Below are positions 41,661-55,046 of a stretch of 64,000 nt of DNA, piece by piece; positions within the stretch are counted from its first letter, which is position 1; every line of letters starts with the position of its first letter. This DNA comes from Octopus vulgaris (lineage: Eukaryota): NCBI GenBank assembly GCA_951406725.2, contig OX597823.1:107694001-107758000 (forward strand), given 5' to 3'. The translations under genes were made by a program, and so were the position numbers. The notes below the pieces were generated by a model, which did no database searches, was not told the origin of the DNA, and was given only the letters and a program-made list of their open reading frames with translations.

Positions 41661-41994
41661 TGTAATATCATACCTTCTCCTCTTAGTTTTCTGCGTCTTT
41701 GAAAATCTGCTCTGTTAATATATAAATATCTATATATTTATACATTAGTGTTCATTGTCTGAATATTTTCAGTCTTTGCTTCTCCCTGTTGGCGTGTGTA
41801 TATGTATGTATATTTTATATAACAAGCCTTCTTTATTTGTTTATTTGCAACATTAGCTCTCTCTCTCTCTCTCCCTCATTCTCTCCTTCTCTCCCCTCTC
41901 TCTTTCTCTCTCTCTCTCTATATATATATATATACTTACACACACACACACACAAGTATATATGTACATATATATATAAGCATATATATATATC

Positions 41995-42552
41995 AAGATC
42001 AAAATCAAATCAAATCACAATCAAATGGAAATTGTAGTTGTGGCTGATGCCAGTGCTGCTTCACTGGCTCCCGTACTGGTGGCATGCAATAAACACCATT
42101 CATGCGTGGGTCGTTGCCAGTGCTGCTTGACTGGGCTTCCCATGCTGGTGGCACATAAAAAGCACCATCCAAATGTGGTCAGTGCTAGCCCCCTCACTTC
42201 AACTGGCTCCTGTGCCAGTGGCACGTAAAAGGCACCATCTGAACATGGCCGATGCCAGTGCCACCTGACTAGGTCCCATGCCGATGGCACGTAGACAGCA
42301 CCATCTGAACATCGTCGATACCAGCCCCCTCACTCTGACTGGCTCCCGTGCCGGTGACACGTAAAAAGCACCCACTACACTCTCGGAGTGGTTGGCGCTA
42401 GGAAGGGCATCCAGCTGTAGAAACTCTGCCAGACCAAGATTGGAGCCTGGTGCAGCCATCTGGTTCATCAGCCCTCAGTCAAAATCGTCCAACCCATGCT
42501 AGCATGGAAAGCGGACGTTAAACGATGATGATGATGATGATGATGATGATGA
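41995..42552 (+). mobile_element. RTE 3'UTR-type repeat with about 6 internal ~60-bp units
   Basis: Repeated actggctcc-gtgcc-gtggcacgtaaaaagcacc units, then the conserved tail and (GAT)n. Confidence 0.85.
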
Positions 42553-42823
42553 TATATATATATATATATATTTAAATTTATATTTATATTTATATATAGT
42601 TGAAGTAAGCAACCATTTATGTAGGCAAGCAGACATACAGGTAGATAGTTAAGTAGAAAGAAAACTAGCAAGAAAGATGGCTACTTTAGCAAGTAAATGA
42701 CTCCCTCTACTTCCCAGGCACCATCATCCCCATCATCATTTATTTAGTGACACTGTAACACAGCTTTACAATATTATAGAGGAAAATAAGAAACTGAACA
42801 TGTTTGACTCTAGGATACATGAA

Positions 42824-42859
<36 letters not shown>

Positions 42860-44584
42860 CTGTCTCACAAAAAAAAATCAATAAGAGAATTTTTATCCTT
42901 CATTGGATTTATTCCTGTCATTGTTGTTCGTTAGGTTTTTCTGTCAGTTTAATAGCTAATTAGCTCATTAGTAATACTGCTTAGCAACACAAATGGTACC
43001 ATGTTAGCAACAGGAGGTTTGAAAATCTTGCTGTCCATCTAACCAATATCTGACTGTTTGACCCATAGTAGTATGGGAGGAGACTAAAAAACAATGGATA
43101 GAAATACTGCTTATAATGATGACCATTGAAGATAATGAGGGTGAGGCTGATAAGTCTGGTGATAATTTAGTTTCTGGAGTCTGAGATTATTCACTAATGT
43201 AAGAAAGAATATATGATGGCTGCATGTAACTATGAGATGGGGTGTGTCTGATATATTTCTGATCATAAAGTTTAATATTGGCTATCATTACAGTTTTTCA
43301 CTAAATGTATATCTGGGTTTTAAACAATACACTGTCAGATTAACAAGAAAGAAATAGGAAACTGATGTGTGTTTTTTGGCATATGTATGTTATAACATAT
43401 ATATGTGTAAATATATGCATGCACACACACACATGCATATATATACACACACACACACACATGCATGTATGTAGATATAAACATATATGCATACATGCAT
43501 TAGTTTTTATTTTGAATTCTGTGAATTCTGGCTCAACAGAAAGAAGAGGTTTCTGACAAAGTTTTGAAATTTAGATAACCATGTTGAATTTTAGAAAATT
43601 TCTTGTATATTTGTACCATTCCACTTACAAATTGTATTTGCAATGAGCTTGTACACTGGCCATTTTCTTTACCTTTAAATCTCTGTTTGGCAAGATTTGT
43701 CATTTAGGCAGTTATGCCTTAACCAAGCTTAACTAATGATTTATGCAAATAAATACATAGAATCCGAGTAGAGAATAGGCCTAAAATGCAATTGCCCATA
43801 AATATTCTCCTTCTCACAGATTCTAAAAGAAATGCTCACACATTGGCAGGGCAACTGGCTTCTATGAGCATGCATATTTTTTCTCTTCTATCTTAACCAA
43901 ACTTCACTAGGCCTGTTATGTTTGCATTTGGTGGACGTTTCCATGTGTTGAAATGAATATATGTCACCATCATCAAATACATTTTTTTAATGTTTGATGT
44001 CATTGTATATTTTAGCAACTACATCATGCTACATTGGTAGGTAAGGCCTTAGTAACATATGAAGTGGGGGCGGGGGTTGCAGCTAATCACGTGTTTATTA
44101 TCTTCTAGTGAAATGGGATACAATCGACATTTTTAGTTACATCTTCTCTGTTCCATTAGCTAAGCAGTGTTTTGTAAATAATCTCCAAAATATTATGTGC
44201 TGTAACACACACACACACACACACCAAGTCACAACTGAAGAAAATAAAAGCTGACCATTCTTGCACTTCATTATCAGGAAACTTCTCTTCTAAGTGAACA
44301 CAAAAGATGCATTATGAAAGTCAACTTTGAATTTGTATTTAATAAAGGTGTAGGCATGGCTGTGTAAAGAAGTTTGCTCTGCAGTTACATGATTTTGGCA
44401 GTGAATTTGTTAGGTAGAAACTGAAAAGAAGCCTGCCATGTAAATATGTGTACATTTCTGCTTGTGTGACTCTTGTCTTGACTCTATGTTAAAATGATGA
44501 TTAATAATGATGATGATGATGATGATGATGAATGTATGTGTGTAAATATATAACATACCCCCTCCTTCACACACACACATGAAA

Positions 44585-45080
44585 GTGGCTGTGTAGTTAA
44601 GAGGTCTGCTTGCCAACAACAAGGTTTCATGTTCCCTTTCACTACATGGCAACTTGGGCAGCTGTGGGCTGACCAAAGCCTTGTGAGTAGCTTTAGTGAA
44701 TGGAAACTAAAAGCAACCCATTTTGTGTGTGTGTGTGTGTGTGTGACTATGTATGTCTTCATCTGTATCTAAGTTTTGTATGTTTGTTGTAAATAAGTGC
44801 CACTCATGCAGTGCCACTCATGCAGTGCCACTCATGCAGTGCCACTCATGCAGTGACACTCATACAAGCAATGCCATCCACTTCCAATATTCTATTAAAT
44901 TATGTCTGGATATGGGGAACTATTACCTTGCTTGGAAATAGGTGAGGTTTAGCAACAGGAAGGGCATCCAGTCATAGAAAATCTGCCTTAATAATCTCTT
45001 TCTGATCCATGTAAGCATGGAAAAGTATGTTAAAATGATGACAGTTGTGGTGGCAGCAGTAGTGGTGATGATGATGATGA
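44585..45080 (+). mobile_element. SINE with RTE-type tail containing a 14-bp tandem expansion
   Basis: Head gtggctgtgtagttaag; (agtgccactcatgc)x4 plus a variant copy at 44796-44863; tail ggaagggcatccag...gcatggaaaag. Confidence 0.7.
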
Positions 45081-45267
45081 GGACAACAGACACAAATTGA
45101 AGAGAAGCTATACACCTAATTGATATTAGTATCAACCTCAATGGGAAATGTATTCAAGCGTAAGTTCTTCGATACTCCATGAGATTCTACTTTAGAACTT
45201 TGTTAGGGTACACAATTTCCGTATTTCTGGGGTAACATGGATGATCATCAAGAACTGACAGTCAGTT

Positions 45268-45755
45268 CTTGAAAGAAAAACTGGGCATAAGAGGCATCAG
45301 ATGCGGTGTGCAAGAGAGACAACTGTACTGGTATGGACATGTGATGCATATGGATGAGGACAGCTGCATAAAGTGGTGTCATTCTCTAACTGTGGAAGTG
45401 GAGGACCCAGGAAGACATGGGATGAGGTGGTGAAGCATGATCTTCAAATGTTGGGTTTCACAGAGGCGATGACAAGTGATCAAGTCCTTCGGCAATTTGT
45501 TGTGCTTGAGAAGATTCATCAAATCAAGAGAAATCCTTTTGGTGGCCTGTGCCAGTGACACATAAATGTACCCATACTGGTGGCAAGGCACCCACTATAC
45601 TCTTGGAGTGGTTAGTGTTAGGAAAGGCATCCAGCCATAGAAACCAAGCCAGAATCAGTCTGGAAACTGCCACAGCTGTCTGGCACACCAGTTGCTGTCA
45701 AACCATCTAACCCATGCCAGCATGGAAAGCGGATGCTAAATGATGATGATGATGA
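45268..45755 (+). mobile_element. RTE LINE 3' end (ORF C-terminus + 3'UTR)
   Basis: LKEKLGIRGIRCGVQERQLYWYGHVMHMDEDSCIK...GPRKTWDEVVKHDLQMLGFTEAMTSD, followed directly by the shared tail and (GAT)n. Confidence 0.9.
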
Positions 45756-45959
45756 AATCAACATTTAACATGTCAAACATAAATAGATAGAAGCAAAATT
45801 TCAAACATATCGGTCATGTTCATGTTTGACAGATTGACACTCATGTTCTTGGTTTTGCAACTGTTTCCTTCAAATTTACCTCCATATACTTTGATTTGAT
45901 TTTGAAATCTTGTGGGTAGGTTTAGGAAATGGATCTGCTCTAACCAATGGGTGTGATAT

Positions 45960-46310
45960 ATATCGTGGCCGTTTGCCAGCCTTATCTGGCACCTGTGTCG
46001 GTGGCACATAAAAACACCATCCGAGTGTGGCCGTCTGCCAGCCTCGTCTGGCACCTGTGTCGGTGGCACATAAAAAACACCATCCGAGCGTGGCCGTTTG
46101 CCAGCCTCGTCTGGCACCTGTGTCGGTGGCACATAAAATCACCCACTACACTCTCGGAGTGGTTGGCGTTAGGAAGGGCATCCGGCTGTAGAAACACTGC
46201 CAGATCTGACTGGACTGGTGCAGCTTTCGGGCTCCCCAGACCCCAGTTGAACCGTCCAACCCATGCTAGCATGGAAAGCGGACGTTAAATGATGATGATG
46301 ATGATGATGA
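45960..46310 (+). mobile_element. RTE 3'UTR-type repeat with three near-identical ~62-bp units
   Basis: gtggccgtttgccagcctcgtctggcacctgtgtcggtggcacataaaaa occurs three times, then the tail. Confidence 0.85.
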
Positions 46311-46319
46311 TATACATCT

Positions 46320-46520
46320 TGCCACGTTGGTCTGCTGAACTCTACACAGTTTTTCTCTTTCTGTGTTTTTACATTCTCTTTCATTTTTCCTTCTTATTCC
46401 TTTCTGTCAAAGAGTATAGGTTCAAAATGTAAAAGACTTTTCTGTTTTTCCCCAAGCATTAAACTAATACACCTGCTTGTTATTCCTACACCTGTCTTTG
46501 TCTTTTGTTTTTCCTGTAAA
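46320..46520 (+). mobile_element. Decayed hammerhead-bearing pseudo-LTR-like repeat
   Basis: ctttctgtcaaagagtataggttcaaaatgtaaaag (46400-46435) is colinear with the motifs at 51929 and 62734, with similar pyrimidine-rich flanks. Confidence 0.5.
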
Positions 46521-47459
46521 TGATGAAGAATCTTGTGTGCTTCTACCAAGGCAGCTGTTACATATGTAGTGTCCAGAGAAGCAATACATTCAAGTTATGG
46601 TGACTGACAGAGGGTATTCATCTAGTTGTAATGTCTCTGGACAAGATGGGATGGGTGGGTTTCAAACAGGAGACAATGGGCAGAGCAGACTCATTGATGT
46701 GATTTGAAACAGGCTAGAATTAGTGAGAGGAACAATATATATATATAAGTTACTTTTATATTTATATTATCTATCAGTCTTTCTCTCTCACTCTCACTTT
46801 CTCTCTATATGTGTGTGTGTGTGTTTATAGTTATGTATATATATGCATATATCGATAGATATTTAATTATATATATATATGTTAAAAATGTATACTTGTC
46901 ATACATACATACATATATATATATATATACATGTATAATGGCCGTTTGTATTTATATATATTTGAACATATATATAGATATATGTCTTTAAATATTTTGA
47001 AAAATATATATGAGTTTTAAAATATATATGTGTGTATGGATATATACTCGCACACATGCACACACTGACATATACATACATAAATGTGTGTGTGCGCACA
47101 CATTTGTCTACATATGTATATATATCTACATATATGCCTAAATGTACACACATTTATGTGCACACACCTATAGTTAAACAGTTATATAGATAACTGCAGA
47201 GAAATGTAGGTAGAAGGGTAGGTACGTGGGTAGGTAAATGAATAAATATAGGGTGTCTTTAATTTCCACTTTTGAAATAATACTGTCTTAATAAAAGTAA
47301 GTTAACAAAATGGTTTTCAAATGTTTTCTCTTCTTCCATTCATGTTGTATAACCTAATTTTAAACTTCGAAAATTTATAGGCAATATATGTATACCATTG
47401 TATATTTGTATATGAGATATACATATGTATATTTATGTATGCCTTTATACATACATATG

Positions 47460-47505
<46 letters not shown>

Positions 47506-47838
47506 TTTATGTTTACAGCATTTCATTTATGCATACATACATACATATATATTTATAAATGTATATATGTATGTAGTTGTTTATGTATATGTATATATGT
47601 ATGTATTATAATTTCAGCAGTGTAGAAAAATATATCGGTGCAGTAACCATATATTAAAACAGTTCTCTCTTTTACATCAAAACTCTCCACTATAATTATT
47701 TACAATATCAATGAAATCGCTTTTACAAAATAAGTGAAGAATTAATGAATAGTGAAATCTATTATTAATATTATTATTGTTGTTGTTATGATTATTATTA
47801 TCATTGTTGTTATTGTCATTGTTATTATTATTTTCTAG

Positions 47839-47908
47839 GTGTTCTTGTTTGAGCTGTAGTAGTAGTAGGGAGATGAGAACTGATTCCATCAAATGTTCTG
47901 TCATGTAA
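47839..47908 (+). CDS. Candidate terminal coding exon ending in a CaaX prenylation motif
   Basis: Acceptor ttttctag|G at 47838/47839; phase-2 frame CSCLSCSSSREMRTDSIKCSVM*; T-rich downstream and AATAAA near 48177. No upstream exon identified. Confidence 0.3.
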
Positions 47909-48205
47909 AACATATGGTACACATTCAGTCTGTTACTTACTGGTGAGAAATTTCATCCTTTATTGCTTAGGCTGTTCTTTGTTATTTTTGGTTTTTTTTC
48001 CCTATATTTCTTTTACCTTTTTATTGCTTTCTATGTTTTTTTTCTTTTTTCAAAACTTTTTGTTTTATAACTTCATTTTATTTGTTTCTTTCTTTTTAAA
48101 GACAAGTTGGTCTTGCTAAAAGGATTCAAGTTAAGTGCTTTGAAGAGGATGGAACAACAAAAACAGCAACATTAAAAATAAAAAAAAAACTACTACAATA
48201 TTCAT

Positions 48206-48263
48206 AATGATGATGATGATAATGATGATGCTGATAATAATAATGATGATGATGATGATGATG

Positions 48264-48314
<51 letters not shown>

Positions 48315-48350
48315 GAAATAATAATAACATAGATGATGGTAGTGATGATG
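48206..48350. repeat. (GAT)n/(AAT)n compound microsatellite
   Basis: Visible directly. Confidence 0.95.
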
Positions 48351-48470
48351 ATATAAACATACACATCCACGTTTCATGCACCCAAATACAAATACACATA
48401 AATATACTCAAAATTATTATAACACATAAGTATACACTGTGTGAGGATTCTCTACAGAAAAACACCCACA

Positions 48471-48539
<69 letters not shown>

Positions 48540-48851
48540 ACATTCAAAAACACACGGCACACACTGAAGTGGTGAATTTCAATATATGTACACAAGTATC
48601 TGTGCATATACATGCATTAAGAAGCACATGCATAATTCACATATAGATTCAAATACTCACACAGAAAGAAATATAAACCTACATAAATATTCAAATACAT
48701 GTATGTATATGCATAGAAACATGTTTACATGTGAACATAGAAAAGTGAGATTTCATATGCATTCAAACTTATTCAGTTACAAGATGTATGGCATACATAT
48801 GCACACACATGTGTGCATTTATATATATATATATATCAATACATAGATATA

Positions 48852-48893
<42 letters not shown>

Positions 48894-48976
48894 TATGTGT
48901 GTGCCTATATATATATAGAAGTATATAAATATATATGTAAATAAATGTATGAATATGTATATGTAAATATATCTTT

Positions 48977-49007
<31 letters not shown>

Positions 49008-49051
49008 ACATATTTACATGTACATATATACTCATATATAAACATATATTT

Positions 49052-49132
<81 letters not shown>

Positions 49133-49359
49133 TATGTATATTGAGATAGATAGATAGACAGATATAAAAATATATATGTGTATATGTGTGTATGCATTTA
49201 TGTCAGTGCAAATGTATATATTTAAATATATATATAAAGATATACACTTAATCATATATATATATATATATATATGTATCTATCTATCTATCTATACATA
49301 CATACATGCATTTTTTTTCTAGTTTCAGCTCAGAGCTGCGGCCATGCTGATGCACCATC

Positions 49360-49405
<46 letters not shown>

Positions 49406-50639
49406 TATGTATGTATGTGTGTATGTATGTATGTGTATATATATATATAAGTTTAGAGATATATGTATAAATATATTGATATATATGTATACATATATCA
49501 AGTGATTGACATATATATATATATAACACATATGTGTTTTGCTTCTAAAAGAATGCATTTTATTCACTGCAGCAAGTATGTCCATATGTAGCAGATAGTA
49601 TAGAGAATAGCTTTAACCATGTTCTGACATCAAAATGAATGATAAATAAATACAACATAAAACATTTGCAAAATTCCTTTTCAGGAATTCTATTCTTGGC
49701 TGCAATTTTATTCTGTAAATTCTACACACCAGAAGAAAATAAAGGGCAATTTGCATTATATAGAATGTGCTGTATATCTATGTGATTGTGTGTATTTGTG
49801 CATGTGTTTCTATATATAAATGCACATGCACACACACACACACACGCACACGCATATGTATATAAACATTCACATATAGAAATGTGCGAACCCAGAAACA
49901 CAAGTGTGTATGTATGTGTATATGCAAACACTTCATCATCATCACCAGCATTTCAACCTCCAATTTTTAACTGCTTGCATTGGGTCAGACAAGCTTCATT
50001 GAGGGAGATTTTTTACGGCTGATTTCCAATTGCCAACCCACACCCGAGGAAGGGAATCTTTTCCTAATCTTGAGGTTCCTGCTCAAGACTGCAAATAAAC
50101 ATCATTCCTTTTATGATCACTTCTCTTATGGTGGTAAAATTAGCTTTATGATTAGCATGCAATATCAAGACAGGTATAGAAAAACACGCACACATATTAT
50201 ATATATATATCTTTCACCTTTAATTTTTTTTCTTTTACCTGTTTCAGTTCTTAGAACTGTTTGGGTTAGATCCTGAAAGGTCTTGTCAAACAAATCAACC
50301 CTAGTACTTATTTGTTGAAGTGTGAAACTTATTCTGTCAGTCACTTTTTACTGCACCTCTGGGTTACAGGGACATAAACAAACCAATACTATGGGGGTTG
50401 GGGGAGCAGAGAGAAATACAAAAACAAAGACACACACACATTTATATATATATATATACATCTGGCTCTTTTCCGTTTCTGTATACCAGATCCACTCACT
50501 TGCCCAAGGTGCCATGCAGTGGGACTCGACACAGCACCATGGGGTTGGGAAGCAAACTTCTCACTAAACAGACATGTTTGTGCATATATAAATAAGATTT
50601 ATATTTATGTGTGTGTGTGTGTGTGTGTGCATGCATGTA

Positions 50640-51092
50640 TATCATCATCGTTTAACGTCTGTTTCCCGCGCTAGCATGGGTTGGACGGTTCAACCGGGGT
50701 CTGGGAAGCCAGGAGACTGCACCAGGCTCCAGTCTGATCTGGCAGTGTTTCTACAGCTGGATGCCCTTCCTAACACCAACCACTCTGCAAGTGTAGTGGG
50801 TGCTTTTTACATGCCACCGGCACAGGTGCCAGAGGGGTTTAGCAGCGGCCACGATCAGTTTATGCTTTTAACGTGCCACCGGCACGGAAGCCAGTCAAGG
50901 CGGCGCTGGCATCGGCCACTTTCGGATGGTGCTTTTTATGTGCCACTGACACAGAAGCCAGTCGAGGCGGTGCTGGCATCAGCCACGTTCGGACAGTGCT
51001 TTTTATGTACCACTGGCACAGGTATCACAACTACTATTTCCATTGATAATAGTAGTTGTGATACCTGTGCCGGTGGCGCATAAAAAGCACCA
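50640..51092 (-). mobile_element. RTE 3'UTR-type repeat with 5' inversion
   Basis: Antisense copy 50640-51045; 51048-51090 is the reverse complement of 50996-51038. Confidence 0.85.
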
Positions 51093-51093
51093 T

Positions 51094-51133
<40 letters not shown>

Positions 51134-51264
51134 CTTATTTTATTCTACCTGTTTCAGCTATATGGCTGCAATCATATTGGAGCACCACTGTGAAAAAGCT
51201 TTTTGTCCAGTGTGCTGACCAGTGTACCAGCTAGCCCATTAGTATATATAGATACCTTCTTCTA

Positions 51265-51478
51265 TTCACTTACTTGATTTGGTCCTATGACTGTGGTCAT
51301 GCTGGAGCACTACCTTAAAGGACTTATTCTTTGCAAGCCTAGTACTTATTCTATTGATGTCTTTTGCAGAACTGCTAAGTTATGGGGGCATAAATTCATC
51401 AACATCAGTTGTCAAGTAATGGTGGCAATACAAACACAGACACACACACATAACAATACATACATATACATATATATA

Positions 51479-51519
<41 letters not shown>

Positions 51520-51660
51520 GACAGGCTTCTTTCAGTTTCAGTCTACCAAATGCACTCACAGGGCTTTGGTCAGTGGGATTGAACCTGGAACAATGTGGTT
51601 GGGAAGCCAGAACCATGTGGTTAGGAAGCAAGCTTCTTGCCACATGGCCATGCCTGTTAT
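51265..51660 (-). mobile_element. tRNA-derived SINE, diverged
   Basis: Antisense to the 54645 family, with an internal TA tract. Confidence 0.75.
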
Positions 51661-51889
51661 ATATATATAACTGAGGAGGGACACACAGACAAGCTCGATG
51701 AATGAGAAAGATATATCTTTAAAGAGAGAAACTTCAACAGAGTACAAATGGCATAATAACGATGTAAGACATAATGTGAGAAAGAGAGATTCAACCTTAC
51801 TAATTCACCTTTCACTTATTTTCTCTCTTTACATTATATAATTACTCTTACATTTATCATCAAGCCAGATCTCTCTCTGTATAAAGCTG

Positions 51890-52050
51890 TTGATGATTTC
51901 TTTTGTCCTTTGAACTTTTCCCTTTCTCCTTTCGGATGAAGAGCTATGCTCAAAACCTCAAAAAGTCTCTCCTTTTACTGAGCATCAGAATAATACGTTC
52001 CTTGTGCATGTCCTCTTCGTGTCTGTTATTGCTAATTTTATAATTCATTT
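51890..52050 (+). mobile_element. Decayed hammerhead-bearing pseudo-LTR-like repeat
   Basis: ctttcggatgaagagctatgctcaaaacctcaaaaag (51929-51965) keeps the gagc/gctc stem II; the cores are mutated. Confidence 0.55.
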
Positions 52051-52413
52051 ATTTGATACGACAATATATGTGTGTGTGTGTGTGTGTGAGTGGAGACACT
52101 ATATATGAATAGAGCCCTTTACTCTTGCTTTGTTGAGGATATGGCATGATGAAATGCACCCAAAACTTTTCGTAAGGAGGTTGGTGTTAGGAAGGGCATC
52201 TAGCTATATACAATATACATACAGGCAAGATATACTTACACTTTACTACATCTTGGAAGTTAGTAATGATGAATAAGATCTGACTAGGATTATACCAACC
52301 TATCCAGCCAGTGGTAGCACTTAACCCTCCCTCCGAAATTTCGGTCTTGTGCCTATAGTAGAAGGAATTGTTGTTGTTATTGTTGTTGTTATTATTATTG
52401 TTATTGTTGTTGC

Positions 52414-52474
<61 letters not shown>

Positions 52475-52794
52475 TTTATCATCATTATCATCGTTATCAT
52501 CATCATGGCAATAAAGCCTATGTTACTGTCTTTCTGACACACATTTGAATAATTTAAATATAATATTTAAGTAAAACAGTTTATATTGTATTCAGATAAA
52601 ACTTTTTATATTGTACTCAAATAAAATCTGTCACTTTTGATAGATACTATGCTAGTATATCTATTTATATACAGAAACATTCATAATTTATTATCTCTAA
52701 AGGCAAGAATTAGAACACATTTAACTATATCTTTTCCTTTGTGTAAATATGTGTATATATGTAAAGTGTGTGTGGGTGTGGATATTGTACATAT

Positions 52795-52833
<39 letters not shown>

Positions 52834-53003
52834 GGTTGGGCACATAACTAGGTGTATGCAATCTCCAGAAAGAATTTTCATATTCTTCTGAATTTTCCTA
52901 AAAGATATGCTGTAATTTTCTTCCATTGTCCTCAAAATGTAAATTCTTTTAAATTATCATCCAAAGTTATTTCCTTTCAATCACCATTGAAAAAGTTGAT
53001 ATG

Positions 53004-53140
53004 TATATATATATTCTATATATATATATTCTATATATATATATTCTATATATATATATTCTATATATATATATTCTATATATATATATTCTATATATAT
53101 ATATTCTATATATATATATTCTATATATATATATTCTATA
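53004..53140. repeat. 15-bp minisatellite (ATATTCTATATATAT)n, about 9 copies
   Basis: Perfect periodicity, reflected in the IFYIY repeat ORF. Confidence 0.95.
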
Positions 53141-53208
53141 TGCCAATTTTTGCATGGTTTTGTTTATGAAGACTTACTTTTAATTGTTTCTGTTATATGA
53201 TAGCATGT

Positions 53209-53243
<35 letters not shown>

Positions 53244-53340
53244 CACGCGCACATGTGTATTTGCGTGTTTATGAACGTAGATTCATTATATAGAAATTAT
53301 ATGGTAAATATGCTACTGCCATAACACATACACATATATG

Positions 53341-53389
<49 letters not shown>

Positions 53390-53437
53390 TATTTTTTACT
53401 TATATTTTTAGCGATGCAGGTACTCATGTAGTACCCT

Positions 53438-53473
<36 letters not shown>

Positions 53474-53576
53474 CACATGTCTTATATATAGGTATAGTTT
53501 ATTAATTTGCCTGTACCGCTGGTATTCATTTGCCACTAGTGATAGTATTTTGATAATACAATCACTCTCATATTTA

Positions 53577-53618
<42 letters not shown>

Positions 53619-53664
53619 GATAGATAGATATAAGCCACCATGCTGCTGCTGCTGATGATGATGA

Positions 53665-53711
<47 letters not shown>

Positions 53712-54163
53712 CATGCATATATATCATTATTCAATGTCGCTTTTACATGCTGGCATGGGTTGGATTGTTTGATAGGAGCTGGTAAAGAGTCGGTAGATGC
53801 ACCAGGCTCTATTGTCTGTTTTGGCATGGTTTCTACAAATGGATGCTGCCTTTCCTAATGCCAGCCACTTTAGAGAGTGTACAGGGTGCTTATAATGTGG
53901 CACCAGCACTAGTGCTTTTTACATGGCACCAGCACTGACAGGGTCACCAAGTAACTTGCAAAACAAAAGCATTGTTTTATAGAGAGAGACAAGTTGAGAG
54001 AGAATAAAAGAAAGATACAGGAAGAATGAAGAAAAAAAGTGGAAGTCCATGGGAGAACATTGAAATTGGCAATCAGTGGTAGGGGAGGGTAGAGGGGTTA
54101 AAAAGTACATGGTCGATGGATGCCAAAGACATGACACACATGTGTCAATATATATCTACTCTT

Positions 54164-54549
54164 TACTGTTTTACTTGTTTCAGTCTTTTGACCGCGGCCA
54201 TGCTGGAGCACCGCCTTTAATCGAGCAACTCGACCCCGGGACTTATTCTTTTGTAAGCCCAGTACTTATTCTATCGGTCTCTTTTTGCCGAACCGCTAAG
54301 TAACGGGGACATAAACACACCAGCATCGGTTGTCAAGCGATGCTAGGGGGACAAACACAGACACACAAACACATGCACACACACATATATATATACATAT
54401 ATACGAAAGGCTGCTTTCAGTTTTCGTCTACCAAATCCACTCACAAGGCTTTGGTCGGCCCGAGGCTATAGTAGAAGACACTTACCCAAGGTGCCACGCA
54501 GTGGGATTGAACCCAGAACCATGTGGTTGGTAAACAAGCTACTTACCAC
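54164..54549 (-). mobile_element. Young tRNA-derived SINE
   Basis: High-identity reverse complement of 54660-55046. Confidence 0.9.
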
Positions 54550-54558
54550 TTATGTGTA

Positions 54559-54644
<86 letters not shown>

Positions 54645-54646
<2 letters not shown>

Positions 54647-55046
54647 CGCAGGAGTGGCTGTGTGGTAAGTAGCTTGCTAACCAACCACATGGTTCTGGGT
54701 TCAGTCCCACTGCGTGGCACCTTGGGCAAGTGTCTTCTGATATAGCCCCGGGCCGACCAATGCCTTGTGAGTGGATTTGGTAGACGGAAACTGAAAGAAG
54801 CCAGTCGTATATATGTATATATATGTGTATATATATGTGTATGTATGTATGTATTGTTTGTCCCCCTAGCATTGCTTGACAAACGATGCTGGTGTGTTTA
54901 CGTCCCCGTCACTTAGCGGTTTGGCAATAGAGACCGATAGAATAAGTACTGGGCTTACAAAGAATAAGTCCCGGGGTCGATTTGCTCGACTAAAGGCAGT
55001 GCTCCAGCATGGCCGCAGCCAAATGACTGAAACAAATAAAAGAGTA
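54645..55046 (+). mobile_element. Young full-length tRNA-derived SINE (CORE-like body, internal microsatellite)
   Basis: ggcgcaggagtggctgtgtggtaag (A box)...gggttcagtccc (B box), ccttgggcaagtg CORE-like motif, internal (TA/TG)n and 3' gactgaaacaaataaaagagta. Confidence 0.9.

Noticed and set aside
42040-42370. Regularly spaced ~60-bp repeats resembling a CRISPR array (also 35930-36150 and 45960-46140)
   Set aside because: The intervening sequences are homologous to each other, the arrays are part of the RTE 3'UTR, and the context is eukaryotic with no cas genes.
42941-43012. agctaattagct palindrome and two tagcaac (RFX-like) half sites
   Set aside because: Short motifs are expected by chance in AT-rich DNA; no conservation data.
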